Shown here: piece by piece, positions 38,943-51,817 of the stretch
Layout of the letters: each line of letters starts with the position of its first letter
How positions within the stretch are numbered: position 1 is the stretch's first letter
Source: Octopus vulgaris
Taxonomy: Eukaryota
Direction: 5' to 3'
Length of the DNA: 64,000 bases
NCBI GenBank assembly: GCA_951406725.2
Contig: OX597818.1
Location: forward strand, 105,586,001 to 105,650,000
The notes under the pieces: generated by a model
Seen by the model: only the letters and a program-made list of their open reading frames with translations
Told to the model about the DNA's origin: nothing
Database searches by the model: none
Program-made: the position numbers and the translations under genes

Positions 38943-41588
38943 ATGTATATGTACACACACATGTATGTATTAAAGAAAGCAAAAGATAAAACAAAAATGA
39001 TAGTGGCCAGTAGTTGGTTCAGTATGCTGGTCACAGGAATTTCTGTCCAAGAAAGTTGTACACCATCTCCCTCTTTCTCTCACATAACCATTCTCTCTCT
39101 CTCCTTATTACTCCCATTGCCACCATCTTTTAATAAGACATCATCAACTCTCCTTAAATTTCTTAGTTTCTCTTTCTTTCTCTCTCTCTCTCTGTCTTTG
39201 CCACCACCCTCAACATCTCTATGCCTACTATTACTCTCACCCCAGCATGAGGAAGTGTCATTGAATAGTAAAAAAGGGGGTCAAAGTGTGACACACTGAC
39301 ACACAGAAATTAGTTTTCATATCTATTATATTAGATGTATGTACATATGTACATACATATATGATTTAAAGAGGCTTTGGCTGCCATTTCTAGCAGGTGC
39401 AGTTTCACTGTATTAACAGTTACATCAGTTGTATGAATTTGTATATTTTTCATTTCATTTATTTATTTATTTTTGTGTTTGTAGCCAACATATCTTACAA
39501 GAATGTTGCTTACATTGCTGATGGTAATCAGATGTAAATTATGTCATCATTGGTTCTTATCTCTACTTTCATAGCTTTAATTAGTCAAAAAATATGATCA
39601 TGAATGCAAGCAGCTGAGATGGAGTTCCTCCAAAGGGACTTTGGAGTACATATCTCAGAGATCAGTAAGGCACTCCAGATAGAGCTACTACTTCTCTGAA
39701 TTGAGAGAGCACTGCTTCAATACTACAAACTTGTGATAAGAATGTCTTGGGAGATCAACTGGAAATGGTTACTTTTGACAGGACCCAATGGAACGCATGC
39801 TTGAGAGCTCTGCATTCTTGACTTTCCTGGGAATAAGTGCGTGAAGAAGATGAGATGAGATGTGATCCTTTTACATTCAATAAATAAAGTGCTCAACTGG
39901 AGATGTGGAGTGATGAAATTGTTACTGCATTCAGACAAGATGCTTTGTTGGAGCTGTTCTAATTGTGTATTCAAATTCTACCTCATATCACTGGACCCCC
40001 TCATGGTAGGAAAATTGGGTCTTTGAAACCAGGTAATTCAAGTAATAGTGATAAGCCTCTAATGTCAGACTGAGTGACAAGGCTTTGTGATAAGAATGTT
40101 GCATTCATAACAAAGTTTGTTGGTATAATTGATGGCTGTACTAACGAGCACATCGTGTCCTTGAGTGAGACACTCCATTTCTCAGTGCTCCATTCCATTC
40201 AGGTGAAAATGAGTATCATCACCAGCAGCAGCTGGAATTAACCTCAAGATGAATTGGTGTCTCTCTACAGGAAGCCTTTAACGGTCAGAGTAGCAACTGC
40301 CTTGCATTCTGCTTCTGTTATAGATATCATGAGAGTCTGAGTTGTCCCATTGGCTGAAATTTGATGATGTGATAAAGGAATTGACATTACTATTATTACT
40401 GAGACTGTTATTGTTGGTATTTGTATTGTTGTTGTTGGTCATGGTGGTGGTAGTAGAGATGCCACTGATTCTTTTGATGTTGCTGCTACTGCTTATGCTT
40501 GTAAATAAATACTGGTGATTGATATTATTTGTTTCTGCTGTAAGGGCTGGGGGAGATTGTTTGTTGTTCCTGTTATTATATAGCATTAATGCTGCTGCTA
40601 CAACTGTTGTTGTTTTTTTCCCAGTTGATCATCACAGTTAATTGTTGCTTCAGTACTGTCTATATATATAATAGGTCTTAAGTGTGTTGTGTCAAGTAGT
40701 TACTGACAAAGTAAGTATGTGATCACACTAACTGCATTTAGTGGGAACTTGAGACTAGAACAACGCTTAATCAAAGAAATCCTGACTTTTGAATACAATA
40801 CAAAAATGAATAAAATATGCTGAGACTTCCATCAAGTTGTTGGCAGGAAGATGGAATGATACAACAACAAAACTGTTTGGCTGAAAGAAGTAAGTGGTTA
40901 GCAATGACAATTTTCAAGAGAATGAACACAGCTTAAACATTTATCTCATTCTATTCAGAGTCTACTAACATTTACTAACATTTCAAGGATGTATTCAAAT
41001 TTATATAGAAGAGTTGGAAAACTTTTACTTGGACGTCATGACATTCCAAAAGCATTAACTCATTCTTTCAGTTACTCTCTAGATAGTTTGTGTTTAGTCC
41101 ATTTAACAATTACAACTGAGAAAAAACAAAAAAGAAACATAAAACCTGGGTCATGGACTTTATTCCCTTCAAAATATGTTGGTGAGATAAGCCATATCCA
41201 TCCATCAATCACAATCATATCTAACTAATCTAACTGGATGGTAGACCTAATCTATCACCCTGGCTTAATCCCACCACCTTATGTTCATATTGCCTCGAAT
41301 GAACAGAAACAGCAAAGAGTAGTGAGAACTTCTTTGTTTTGCAAGTAACAAGGAACTTTCACTAAGCAGATGTTATAATAAAATGCGCTCAGTATTTTTA
41401 AAGTGGTTGGTATTAGGAAGAGTATCCAGCTGTAGAAACCCTGCCAAAAGTAGAATGTATGAGCTAGATGTAGTTCTTCTGATTCGTCCAGAAGAGCAGT
41501 AATGTTTATTATGAACTAGTTTGGACTACCATGATCTATTCATCTCATACTGGAATTGATGATGATGATGATGATGACCTGATAATTC

Positions 41589-41816
41589 TGCGAGCTGGCA
41601 GAAACGTTAGCACACTGGGCGAAATGCGTAGCCGTATTTCGTCTGCCATTTCGTTCTGAGTTCAAATTCCGCCGAGGTCGACTTTGCCTTTCATCCTTTT
41701 GGGGTCGATTAAATAAGTACCAGTTACACACTGGGGTCAATATAATCGACTTAATCCGTTTGTCTGTCTTTGTTTGTCCTCTCTGTGTTTAGCCCCTTGT
41801 GGATAGTAAAGAAATA
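41589..41816 (+). mobile_element. Young tRNA-derived SINE with Meta-domain-like central motif and TSD
   Basis: TSD GATAATTC (41581-41588, 41817-41824); AGCTGGCAGAAACG A-box-like, GAGTTCAAATTC B-box; GCCTTTCATCCTTTTGGGGTCGATTAAATAAGTACC resembles the Meta SINE domain as I recall it. Confidence 0.85.
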
Positions 41817-43875
41817 GATAATTCAGTGCCTTTGGTAAAATCCCCACTGTTGCAAGCATTCAAACTAAGTCTCTGGTCTAAGGATGGGATAACTTCCTCC
41901 CACCAATCAAGGAGACCCTATCTATTGAGCTGTAAATGGGTACCAGTTGGGGACAGGTACAATTGTATCTCCATTTAGCTGCCACATCCTGGATGCTCCA
42001 CTGGGTTGGAGGTGGGTTGGAGATGAGAGGGTGTCTATGTTTTCTTGCTACTTACTCTACAGGCACATGAAGCAATTAATGCAAACATGATACAAGCTAC
42101 CAAGCCATCATACTTGTGCATGGCAATTACACTAATGGGTTGTCTGATAAATTTCTTTTTTCTTTTTTTTTTTTTTTACTTGGCACTGAAAAGTGGTAAA
42201 ATCTATTCAAATTTCAAAAACAATAAACAAAAGTTGCAGAGAAATAAGAGAGCTACAAAGAAAAGAAAATAAAACAATATGATAGAAATGATTTTTGTGT
42301 TGCTTCAGGTAATGTTGAAGAGGTTTAAAATAAACAGAGACTCCCCCCCACCGACATACACACACATACACCTCATTAAAAACAGACGTGAAATGAGTGG
42401 CAGAAGTGGTAGAATGCCATTCATAGTAATTTTAATGTTTTGAGTTCATATCCTACTGAGATAAAAGTTTATCTTTCATTTCCTGACAGTCAATAGACTA
42501 AATGAGTCATACACAGTTGTTGTTGTTCTTGTAGTTTAGCCTCATGTTAGTTATAACCAAGTTGATTTATACTCACACATTCATCTTGACTAGTCTCTGT
42601 ATATTATTTTTGTATATCATTCATTTAGTAAGGTGTGATTTGAGGGATTTGATTGTTGTTTCTTGCAGAGTAAGTAACCATGCAGAAGGTCCCTTGTTGG
42701 TTCACAGTAGTAGTAGTAGTAGTAGTAGTAGTAGTCATTGTTTAGCTCCAAGTCAACCCTAATTGAACAATCCTGATTAATCTGTCTTATTTCAGACATA
42801 ACACCCAGGGTTACATTACCTGGTGTCTTCCTTTTTTAAGGCAGTAGAGATAGTGTAATTTGAGGGAGATTTCTTGCATGTCAAATGATCATACAGAGTC
42901 TTCCTTGTTGACTTTGGAAAAATGTAGCTGATTACATTGACTGGCAATGTATAGCTATATCACTGAATTGATGAAATACAAGTTGATCCAAGCGTATTTG
43001 AACTCACAATGTAGAATAATCAAACTATTTTCTGTAGCAGTAAGTTGATGAAATCAGAGTCAAACCAGAGCTTCATCACTTGACAAGTAGAGGATTGCAA
43101 GCTGACAAGGTACCAGCTGTTTTTCGATAGGTTTCTTTTTGAATCTATGCAGGTGGAAATGTCTGTCACCCTGGGCCCAGAACCACCACTCTATTAGTTT
43201 TGATTGAGATAGAGATGTCATCATTCTTCAGGGTAAAACATTTGGCATTTAACTGTCAAGACTACCAAACATTTGCACAGCTCACTAGAATTACTTACCC
43301 ATGTAGATGAGAAGTTTGCAGTCCAATTAAAACAGTGTTATGCATTTTTCCACTTTCTTTGTCTATCTCCATTTTCCTTTTTTCATAATATGATATTAAA
43401 TAATAACATATATATATACTAGGTACAGGTGTGACTGTATGGTAAGAAATTTGCTTCCCAACTACATGGTTTCAGGTTCAGTCTCATTGCATGGTACCTT
43501 AGGCAAGTGTCTTCAATCAAAACCTTGAGTGGATCTGGTAGACAGAAACTGAAAGAAGCCTGTTGTCTGTGTGTATACATGCGTTACTGTATTCTTACCT
43601 TGATATCATATGATAGATTTAAAATGAACATTTCCATCACTTTTAGTCTTTCATGAAAACATGTCTGATCATGGGGAAAATATTACCTTACGTGGAAACA
43701 GGTGAGGGTTGGCAACAGGAAAGGCATCTGACTCTAGAAAATCTACCTGAACATAATACTATCCAATCCGTGGAAGCATAGAAAAGTGGATATTACAATG
43801 ATGATGATGATGATAATGATAAATTTATTAAAACAATATTTATAAAAAAAGTGTTTCTGGTTTCTTCATTTTAGG

Positions 43876-44019
43876 ATGAGACAGTCCAGATTATTCCCTT
43901 CACTGCTGAAGCGAATTCTCTCCCAGACTGCCTGCTTTAGTTCCAGCCCCAAACCTGTCCCAGTCTGTATAGTAGGCAGTGGACCAGCAGCTTTTTACAC
44001 GGCTCAACAAATACTTAAA
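43876..44019 (+). CDS. FDXR: FDXR (NADPH:adrenodoxin oxidoreductase, mitochondrial), first identifiable coding exon: presequence + FAD-binding motif
   Basis: Manual translation MRQSRLFPSLLKRILSQTACFSSSPKPVPVCIVGSGPAAFYTAQQILK. The end matches the AdR N-terminus ICVVGSGPAGFYTAQHLLK; the start is Arg/Ser-rich with no acidic residues, like a mitochondrial presequence. Acceptor tttcttcattttAG ends at 43874 (exon starts 43875); donor AAA|GTAAGT at 44020, phase 0. Confidence 0.93.
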
Positions 44020-44382
44020 GTAAGTTGGTATTAACCAGTAGAGAATTTTAAGTTTCAATTTCTTACTTAACTGTTCTGTATCTGTCCACACATGCATACA
44101 CAAACACACACACAACAACAACAACAGCAACAACCACAAAAAATATACATACAAAGAAAATTATATCTTTATTATAGGTCTCACCTTATAAATCCGACAA
44201 TCATTTCTATTGTGTTAGCGTATATATATATATATATATATATCCTCCTTCTTTCTTTCCTTTCCTGAGCATCCAATAACACTATACTTGTTCCACGTCC
44301 TCGCGTTGTTGTATTTTCTCTTTGTGTTTTCATGTTTGGATTAGCTTTATACACACACACACACATTATATATATATATATC

Positions 44383-44723
44383 ATTGAAAAAATTGAGTCA
44401 ACAAGAAGGGATACAGTTGGACAGTCATTTTTTGATCATTACAATTGTTTCCATGCAATGTAGTTCACCAGGAGTGCAGGTACTTGATTATGCAACTGTT
44501 TCCCTGCATTATGAAATCTAGTTGTGTTTCTTCAGGTGATAGATAAATATTGTCTCTGACGATATGTAACACCACTAGATCTCATAATGCAGGAAAACAG
44601 TTGCATAATCAACTACCTGCACTCCTGGAGAACTATATTGCATGGAAACAATTGTAGTGATTAAAAAATAAATGCCCAATGGCACCCCTTTTTGTTGATT
44701 CCAGTTTTTTTTTTTTTTTCAAT
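44383..44723. repeat. Long foldback (arms ~145 bp, loop ~35 bp)
   Basis: ACAATTGTTTCCATGCAATGTAGTTCACCAGGAGTGCAGGTACTTGATTATGCAACTGTTT pairs with AAACAGTTGCATAATCAACTACCTGCACTCCTGGAGAACTATATTGCATGGAAACAATTGT. Confidence 0.93.
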
Positions 44724-44869
44724 TAAATATTCACACATGACAAATGCCCAAACACAAACCTGGAAGTACAAATAATGCAACTACTGAATAGCACAGGATA
44801 AATCTGAAGGTGGAGGAGTTTTATATTTTATTCTACTACGTTGTTAACATGAAATACCATACCTATATA

Positions 44870-44910
<41 letters not shown>

Positions 44911-44915
<5 letters not shown>

Positions 44916-45121
44916 TTGAATAAAGTTAAAACATGATCTGGTTTACACGTTTTTTTATGGTATTTTTACATGAAATAAATGATTTTGTAATGCTCATAAA
45001 GTTAGATTAGTGCTTTCATATCTAGTGAACTTATCAGATTCAAATGTGTTTAACTGTCAAAATGTTAAAATGCCATAAAAAAATGTGAAAACCAGATCAG
45101 TTTTAACTTTATTCAACTGAT
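44911..45121. repeat. MITE-like inverted repeat (~55-bp arms) beside a (TA)n tract
   Basis: ATCAGTTGAATAAAGTTAAAAC(A)TGATCTGGTTT... / ...AAACCAGATCAGTTTTAACTTTATTCAACTGAT. Confidence 0.9.
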
Positions 45122-45153
45122 ATATTATTCTATACACATTCACACAAATTGAA

Positions 45154-45191
<38 letters not shown>

Positions 45192-45192
<1 letters not shown>

Positions 45193-45242
45193 GCTTCCTG
45201 ATGATTTCATTTGAATGAAACAGTTCTAGTCCTGTAGAAGCT
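45192..45242 (+). ncRNA. Type I hammerhead ribozyme with intact core, intronic and sense to FDXR
   Basis: AGCTTC-CTGATGA-T-TTC-attt-GAA-T-GAAA-CAG-ttctagtc-CTG-TA-GAAGCT: 6-bp stem I, ACAG/CTGT stem III, GUA cleavage triplet ending 45236. Stem II is weak and closed by U.U. Confidence 0.75.
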
Positions 45243-45724
45243 CCTTCTATAAAATAAATTAATTTACTCTGCTATGTATTGAGTACCTTATTTACTGTGG
45301 TTAACCCCGACTCAACCCGGGACCTACATATATATATATATATTCTTGTATCCTTGTGTTTGGATATAGACTACACTGTAATAGTGTTATAACACCACAA
45401 AAACTAAATCAGTAACAAAAATATAACAAACTTATATCTCTTCTCAATGATTTCAACTACCTTCACAAATGCAACTGCACACACCACACTGTACCTCACA
45501 CTGTCAGTATGCATGCACGCATATATATATATGAAGGGGAATATTCTTTATGTTGCATGTCTCGTTTCTCTGTTCTTTTCGTTGTTCGAAAAAAGTTTGT
45601 TTTGTTGTTTTTGCTTTTATGTTTACGTTTCCCATTGTGTTCAACGTTTTTTTGATGCCCTGTACCCATATATGCATGTATATATACATATATATGTGGG
45701 TATGTACATATATGTATGTATATA

Positions 45725-45762
<38 letters not shown>

Positions 45763-45764
<2 letters not shown>

Positions 45765-46309
45765 CATACATATAAGAGGGATGACCTGTAAGTGGACATC
45801 TATTATGCTAGAAGAAGATCTGCTATGGTCTTACCACTAAGAAAGGAATGTTCTCAAGAAACACGGTGGTAATGTGGGTGGTGGTGGTTGCAGTAATGGT
45901 GCAAGTGATGATGGTAGCGATGTTGATAGTTGTTGGCGGATGTGTTAGTTCCTTGGTAGTTGTAGTGGATAGGAATTGATGAGGGTTGATGGTGTGGTGG
46001 TTATTATTTTTTAGCCATGATTTTTGTGGCAGTGGCAGTGGTGGTGGTTTTTATTGTGTTAATGTTTTTGGTGGGCATGTGTGCTAGTTGTAGCGAAGTT
46101 GATAGACAGGGTGGGAGTGTTGGTGCTTGAGATGATTGTGGTGTTGATAACTAGGATTGGTGTGTTAGTACTTGTAGTGATTTTGCTGTTGATAGATGTA
46201 GTGGGAATTAATGTTCTGAAGAACATTCCTTTCTTAGTGGTATGACTATAGCGGATCTTTCTAGCATAATGGATGTCCACTTACAGGTCATCCCTCTTAT
46301 ATGTATGTA
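45763..46309. repeat. Inverted repeat (~95-bp arms) enclosing GT-rich low-complexity DNA; foldback/MITE-like
   Basis: TACATACATATAAGAGGGATGACCTGTAAGTGGACATC...CCACTAAGAAAGGAATGTTCT (45763-45855) vs its reverse complement at ~46219-46309. Confidence 0.92.
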
Positions 46310-46559
46310 ATATAATTTTTTCTGAAACTTCAGATTTTTCAATATGCTAGACCATATTTGTTAATACAACATTATCTAGGCTATCCAAAATTAGTGAAAT
46401 TCCAGCAGGACATCTGAAAAATTACCACTTTATAAACACTGACAAAAAGAATGCCTAAATCGAATTCAACCTAAGACATCCCCTCATGAAATTTAAAAAA
46501 TTAACATATTAAGTCATTCAACTATAACCACTATTAGTTATTTATTTACTCATTTAAAC

Positions 46560-47460
46560 CTTTTATAAGAATTAACCTTATTTAATATTCGAAAAATTAT
46601 TTTAATTAATAATTGAAATATTTGAATGTCTTTCTAAATTTATGGCAACATCTTATTGTAAAGTGTCCATTAAAATTCAATAAAATTAATTTAGAAGTAA
46701 CTATAGAATACATTTCTTTAAGGCAAAGATCACATGTAGAATTACCAATATCGTACAATGGTACATAACTAATAGTGGACCACTTTAAACCGTACTTAAT
46801 GTTCCTATCCTTTAAATTCCAAATGCATTTACTTTTTCTTCTATACTTTAATGAATGAGAGTGATTATAAAATCTAGATTTCCAAGTTGTAGCAGATGAA
46901 CCAATATAATAATACTTATGATCTCTAGTTATTACTTTACACTGATATACTATATTTTTTCCTTAAACACTGATTTTCTAAAGGGCATACAATTTTAGAC
47001 AATTACACAGGGATTTACTCACTTGTATTTGGTACTCATTGTTAAAAGAATTTCCACTAGTTCTCCTCTGCAAATTAGGTATTAAGGTGGGATTATTATA
47101 ATTACAGTTAATATTAATGCTAGGTGAAAGCCTAGCTATATTATCAGAGCTGGAGTTTGTTGTTCAGAAAGAGTATCATTACAGTTAATTTCATTATACA
47201 CAATATCTGTTCTACTTTTATTTATAGATTTAGAATTTAGATATTCCTTAATTCTCTCTTTGTGTGCTACTTTAATCTCAGCTAAATTTCTAGTGATTGA
47301 ATACAAAAACTTTATACTATGTTGATTAAATAATTTCCCATATTTACTTGAAGATGGGAAATACTTATCTACTGCAGCAAAGAATTTACAAGAGATATTT
47401 GAAGCTATTGAATATGAGAATGGAGTATTATACCATATAATATTCATTGATCTATTCTTT
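46560..47460 (-). mobile_element. Penelope-like element 3' part: post-RT region, Cys-rich linker and GIY-YIG endonuclease (decayed)
   Basis: IIWYNTPFS...KYFPSSSKYGKLFNQHSIKFLYS (PLE 'WFNPPYS...HFP...KIFN...SYS'), CNC..CPLENQCL, NIVYQCKV...YYIGSSATTWKSRFYNHSHS, CDLCLKE. Confidence 0.88.
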
Positions 47461-48730
47461 TATTATTTACATATAGCTTTTTGTTAGTATTACTTTTATT
47501 AAAATTGATTTTTTTCCAATCATAATTTTTATTCTTAAAATTGGTTGTTGTTGTTATTAATATTCATCGAACCACATATTTAGTATCTACAGATTTATAC
47601 CTATACATACTAGCAGGACCCATGTATATTTTATAGAATTAATGGTAAACCTATTGGATTATTTCTGAAAACTTTATCCAAAAAACCTGAAAGCGTAGCC
47701 TGTGTTGTGTCTGTATGGAAAGTTAGTCGCTCATCTGCTACTTATTGAACAGTGAAAGAAATAAGAATACGATGATTAATTAATGCGCTTTATATACTTT
47801 CTGCAAAATTTTATAGACTAATACATAGCACTCATAAAATAGATACTTATTCTTATTTTTCCATTTTCCCCATAAACAAACAACAAAAAATATCCCATAC
47901 ATATGATACAATCTTTAGTTAAATTGCATATATCTGCCATATAAATAAGCATGAATATTTCATGGAATTGCACTTATGTGCATGTGTTAAGTGATATAAA
48001 AACTTAAATCAATTTTAAAAAATACACTTTTCACTATCCAATCACCACTGCCATCTCTTCCACCACCACCACCACCACCACCACCACCACTGCCATCATT
48101 ATCATCTCTTTCCCCGCTTTCCCTCCTCCCCTCTTTCTTTTTTTTTTTTTCTCTCTCTCTCTCTCTCTCTCTTCTCTGGCTTTCTTTAACCTCACCATCA
48201 GAACATCACCCCTCTGCTAAATTTTTAACTCTCCTCCTCTACCTTCCATTATGTTTTTTAACCATGTAATAAATATTACGTTCCCCCTACTATACATCAT
48301 GGATGCTTCTCTCGCCCTCTTCTTTCTCCCTCCTTTGCTTATCCTATTTTTCAACTTTTTCTTCTCTCTTTTCCTTCAACTAATCATGTGAAAGCGTTAC
48401 AATTACATTCCCTCTACTTCACATCATGGACACTTCCCCCTCTTTTTCTCTAATCATGTGAAAGCATTACTGACGGGCTAAGTAACGCAATGACAAGTAA
48501 AATTATTAGATGTTCATCTTCAATAATTAGTTTTTTGCCTATCACATTTGTATCATTATTGCTTTTTCTTTTATTTAGCTTAGTTAAAGATTGTTTAATG
48601 TATTTATTTCTATCTGAATTTTTAGAAGTATTCATATTCAACTTTATCTAAATTTTTAGTTTTATATACTCCCTATTAATTTTCAACTTATCCAAAATTC
48701 TATCATTTCCTTGAATTTTATTACTATGAT

Positions 48731-49046
48731 TCTGAGGACAGTGCAGAGGATCTGGAAAGGGTTGGATGAGTCTAATGGGGATTACAAAGGTACAGCAGCT
48801 TAGAAAGCTCACTCTGATCATTATGATAGGAAAAGAACTCCTGAATTTGTTGGTGAGATCTAGGCCATGATTGACAACGATCCCTCCAAGTCAGTCTGGT
48901 TCAAGTCAGTCATGTCGCCAGGGACATGGGAGTGTCTGAGTTTCTTATCAGACAGGTAGTGCATGAAGATATTTAGTTTTCCTCAGACAAGAAAAATTTT
49001 TGCCAGGATTGGTTGGTGAACACACAGAACAACCATTGGCTTGCTG
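48731..49046 (+). mobile_element. maT/DD37D-like transposase fragment
   Basis: LRTVQRI..., AMIDNDPSKS, ARDMGVSEFLIRQVVHEDI, SDKKNFCQD..VNTQNNHWLA (SDEK.F...N.QN.R type); same family as 27518-27850. Confidence 0.7.
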
Positions 49047-49535
49047 TTAAGATAGGCTCGGTCCCCTTCCTTACTCCCCAAATTACCTCTGCTTCTTCTA
49101 CCACTCCCCAAATTCCTTCAGTTACTTACAACTCTTCAACCATATCTCTCCCTGCTTTGAGAACATGCGCCTCACATTTATCCTCTTTGAGGTCATTGTC
49201 CTTAATGACTTCAATAGAACTATTCTTGCCTCTGATACTAATTCTGCTGATATGGAAATAAAATCTTCACAATATTCAACTCTGTATATCAATTAATATC
49301 ATCCTCCATGCACATCCCTGAATCTTACAGACAATCCAGATACTCTGATATTTTTCCCACCTTCAATTCCACACTCTACCAAACTGTTGTAATCTCTGCC
49401 TATCTGGTCATCTGACAGCAAATACCCTCCATGTACCTGCATATTATTCAATGCTCCCTTACCTTCACTTGCAGCTTTATCAGTTCTATGGTAATTAACC
49501 CTGGCAGCACATGTGCTTTACTCATAGCACATTAA

Positions 49536-49756
49536 CCCTTTCATTACCAACCCAGCTGAAACAGGCTCTGGCTCTGAGTACAAATGTCTTGTTTTCATAA
49601 GTTTTGAATTAAAATCTTCCACCAAACCTTAGTCACAATTTATGTTCCTAACACTAGCTGAATGATAAACTAAGTCATTTTACTAAATTCTTTGTTATAT
49701 TTGAAGCAATTGAAAGAAACACAGAGCATCTTAAAATAAATACAGTAATGAAAGGG
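49536..49756. mobile_element. piggyBac-type MITE
   Basis: TTAA TSD (49532-49535, 49757-49760); perfect TIR CCCTTTCATTAC / GTAATGAAAGGG. Confidence 0.9.
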
Positions 49757-50149
49757 TTAAATACAGCTAAGACTGAAACTATCCTCTTGGGATTTTCCTT
49801 CCACATTCCTCACATTACACCAAAACTCATCATCCTGAATCTTCCAAGTAGTTCACTCAGCTACTCTGCAGCAATTCAGACAAAGAACACCACTGTTGAT
49901 ACTTAGAAAAAATCACCCAACCCTCCATACAAACTGGATGACTTTTATTCAGTACAGCAATTCTTTCAAAATTATTATCTGAAATGTGTGCAGCTGATTC
50001 TTTTAAATCCTTGTGAAAAGTATCTTCATCAACTTTGTGGGATCCTCCCCAATGATTCTGTAAACATCCATATTTGCTGTCATCATTGCATTTAATTCAC
50101 TTCACACTCTATGTAAACATCCTTCAAAAGTATTCCTTTCCACTCCCGT

Positions 50150-51380
50150 AAGCTCACCACCACACGCATATAAATACCAACTGTAAACATACTTCCTATC
50201 ATGTCAAACCAATTAGGTCTCCAGTCCTGACAAGATTCTTTCCATTACTCTTACACAATGTACTCCAAAGCTAATCCCTATCTTCATTAAACTCTTCATC
50301 ACTTTTCCTTCCTCCCTCTATCTCTGTCTTTCTCTCAGTAAATCACAGTCTTTGGAAACATGCTACAGTGTGTCTTATTTCCAAGAAGGGTAACTGCTAT
50401 GACCCTGATATCCATCATCCTATCATACTCATTTCCAGTAAGTATGATAGGATGGCAGATATCAAAGTTGATTGAGACAGCCATTAATCATCCTCAATAT
50501 GTTAAATCTCTTTTCCTTTTTTATAATAACCACAAATGCAGCTTTTGTAAAGCCGAATCTACTGGACATCTACTCTTCTATGTTATACACTAGGAAACAA
50601 ACACTTGCTCTCAAGAAATTTGATGATAATGGTGTCATTGCACTTAACATCAGCAAAGTATTTGACTATGTCTGGCATGAAAACCTCCTAGAAAAACTGT
50701 CTTCATCCCTCTCTTGTTAAATTGTGGTATGTAGTGATAGAGTTCTCTGTCACCAAAACTCTTTAAACTTTGGTGCACAGCCAAAGGTCAGTTTGTTCTC
50801 TACATTCTTCTTCCTATACACCAAGGACCTGTTCGCTACTGCCTCCAACAATGTCTGCTCCTTCACATATGATATCCCACCATCCTTCATACCTAGGTAT
50901 CTTCTGCACCTAGGTATCAATCATGTTACAACCTAGATACTTCAGGCCAAATCTGCACTGACTCTGTGAACAGAGACTATGAAATATCCTCCATTACAGT
51001 CGTACCAATCTTTATTCTTTTGAAAGCATAATGTAACGAATCACCATCCATATCAAGAAAACATTATTGTACCTCCCTCACCTTGCAATCCCTCAAGGTT
51101 GGTACAAATGTTCTGGTTCACTGTCACTGATGATCTCTTTTGGTGATCACACATTCTTCACATAGAAATATTGCATTAAAATGACTGCCCTTTGTCTTTA
51201 GAACCACAAAATATTTCATTCCTTAACAACTGCTAACCCTTTACAAAGCTTAAGTAAAGCTTAACTGCTAACTCTTTACAAAGCTTAAGTACAAATGAAG
51301 TACTGCTCTTGCATGTGGCACAGTGCTGCTGCAACTACATAAATAGACGTCCTAGATTGTAGTGAAAAGGAACCACTTGA
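50150..51380 (+). mobile_element. Old LINE reverse-transcriptase remnant (Jockey/CR1-group-like)
   Basis: ALNISKVFDYVWHENLLEKL (LDISKAFD.VWH), NFGAQPKVSLFSTFFFLYTKDL (GVPQGS.L.P.LF..Y.NDL), SFTYD (FADD), LTLYKA...KYCSCMW. Confidence 0.78.
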
Positions 51381-51817
51381 CTGAAACAAATAAAAGATAA
51401 ATGAATTACACATTTGTAAACACTATTTCAGGACCCAAGCCAATGTCACTCAAAATACTAGAAACTGCAGCTAAATCTTCCTCAAATCCCACACTACCAT
51501 TTTAAAAAAGAAAGGATTCTGTTGTGGGAAATGAAAAGAGGTTCACCTACCTTCCTCTCTTGTCTGCGTCTGTCTAGTAGTAGTCACTCCAGTGATCCTG
51601 CCCTACCTTGTCACCCAGTATAAACAGCTGCTGTCTAATCCGGGAGTGAATTCCGACGCCAGTTCACGATGCCTCGGTGGGCAAGAAGAGGCTGAACCTG
51701 TCCTGTCTCAACCCACACTTCCCTTCTCATACTTCCTCTTCCAGTCAATCCCTTGACCATTGATGTCATGGCCCTCTTCTTCCAGCTCATCCCCATATGC
51801 CCTCCTGATCTCAAAGA

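Noticed and set aside
39485-39523. 39-nt candidate upstream FDXR exon (TTTGTAG...ATG|GTAATC)
   Set aside because: Mediocre donor, no homology, and its ATGs are not in frame with the FDXR exon after splicing; cannot be supported without RNA data.
43900-44154. 84-aa minus-strand ORF over the FDXR exon
   Set aside because: Antisense shadow of the real exon plus microsatellite.
44524-44575. CTGACGA-TAT-GTAAC (+) and CTGAAGAAAC (-) in the loop of the large foldback
   Set aside because: Resemble hammerhead boxes, but stems I and III cannot be closed.
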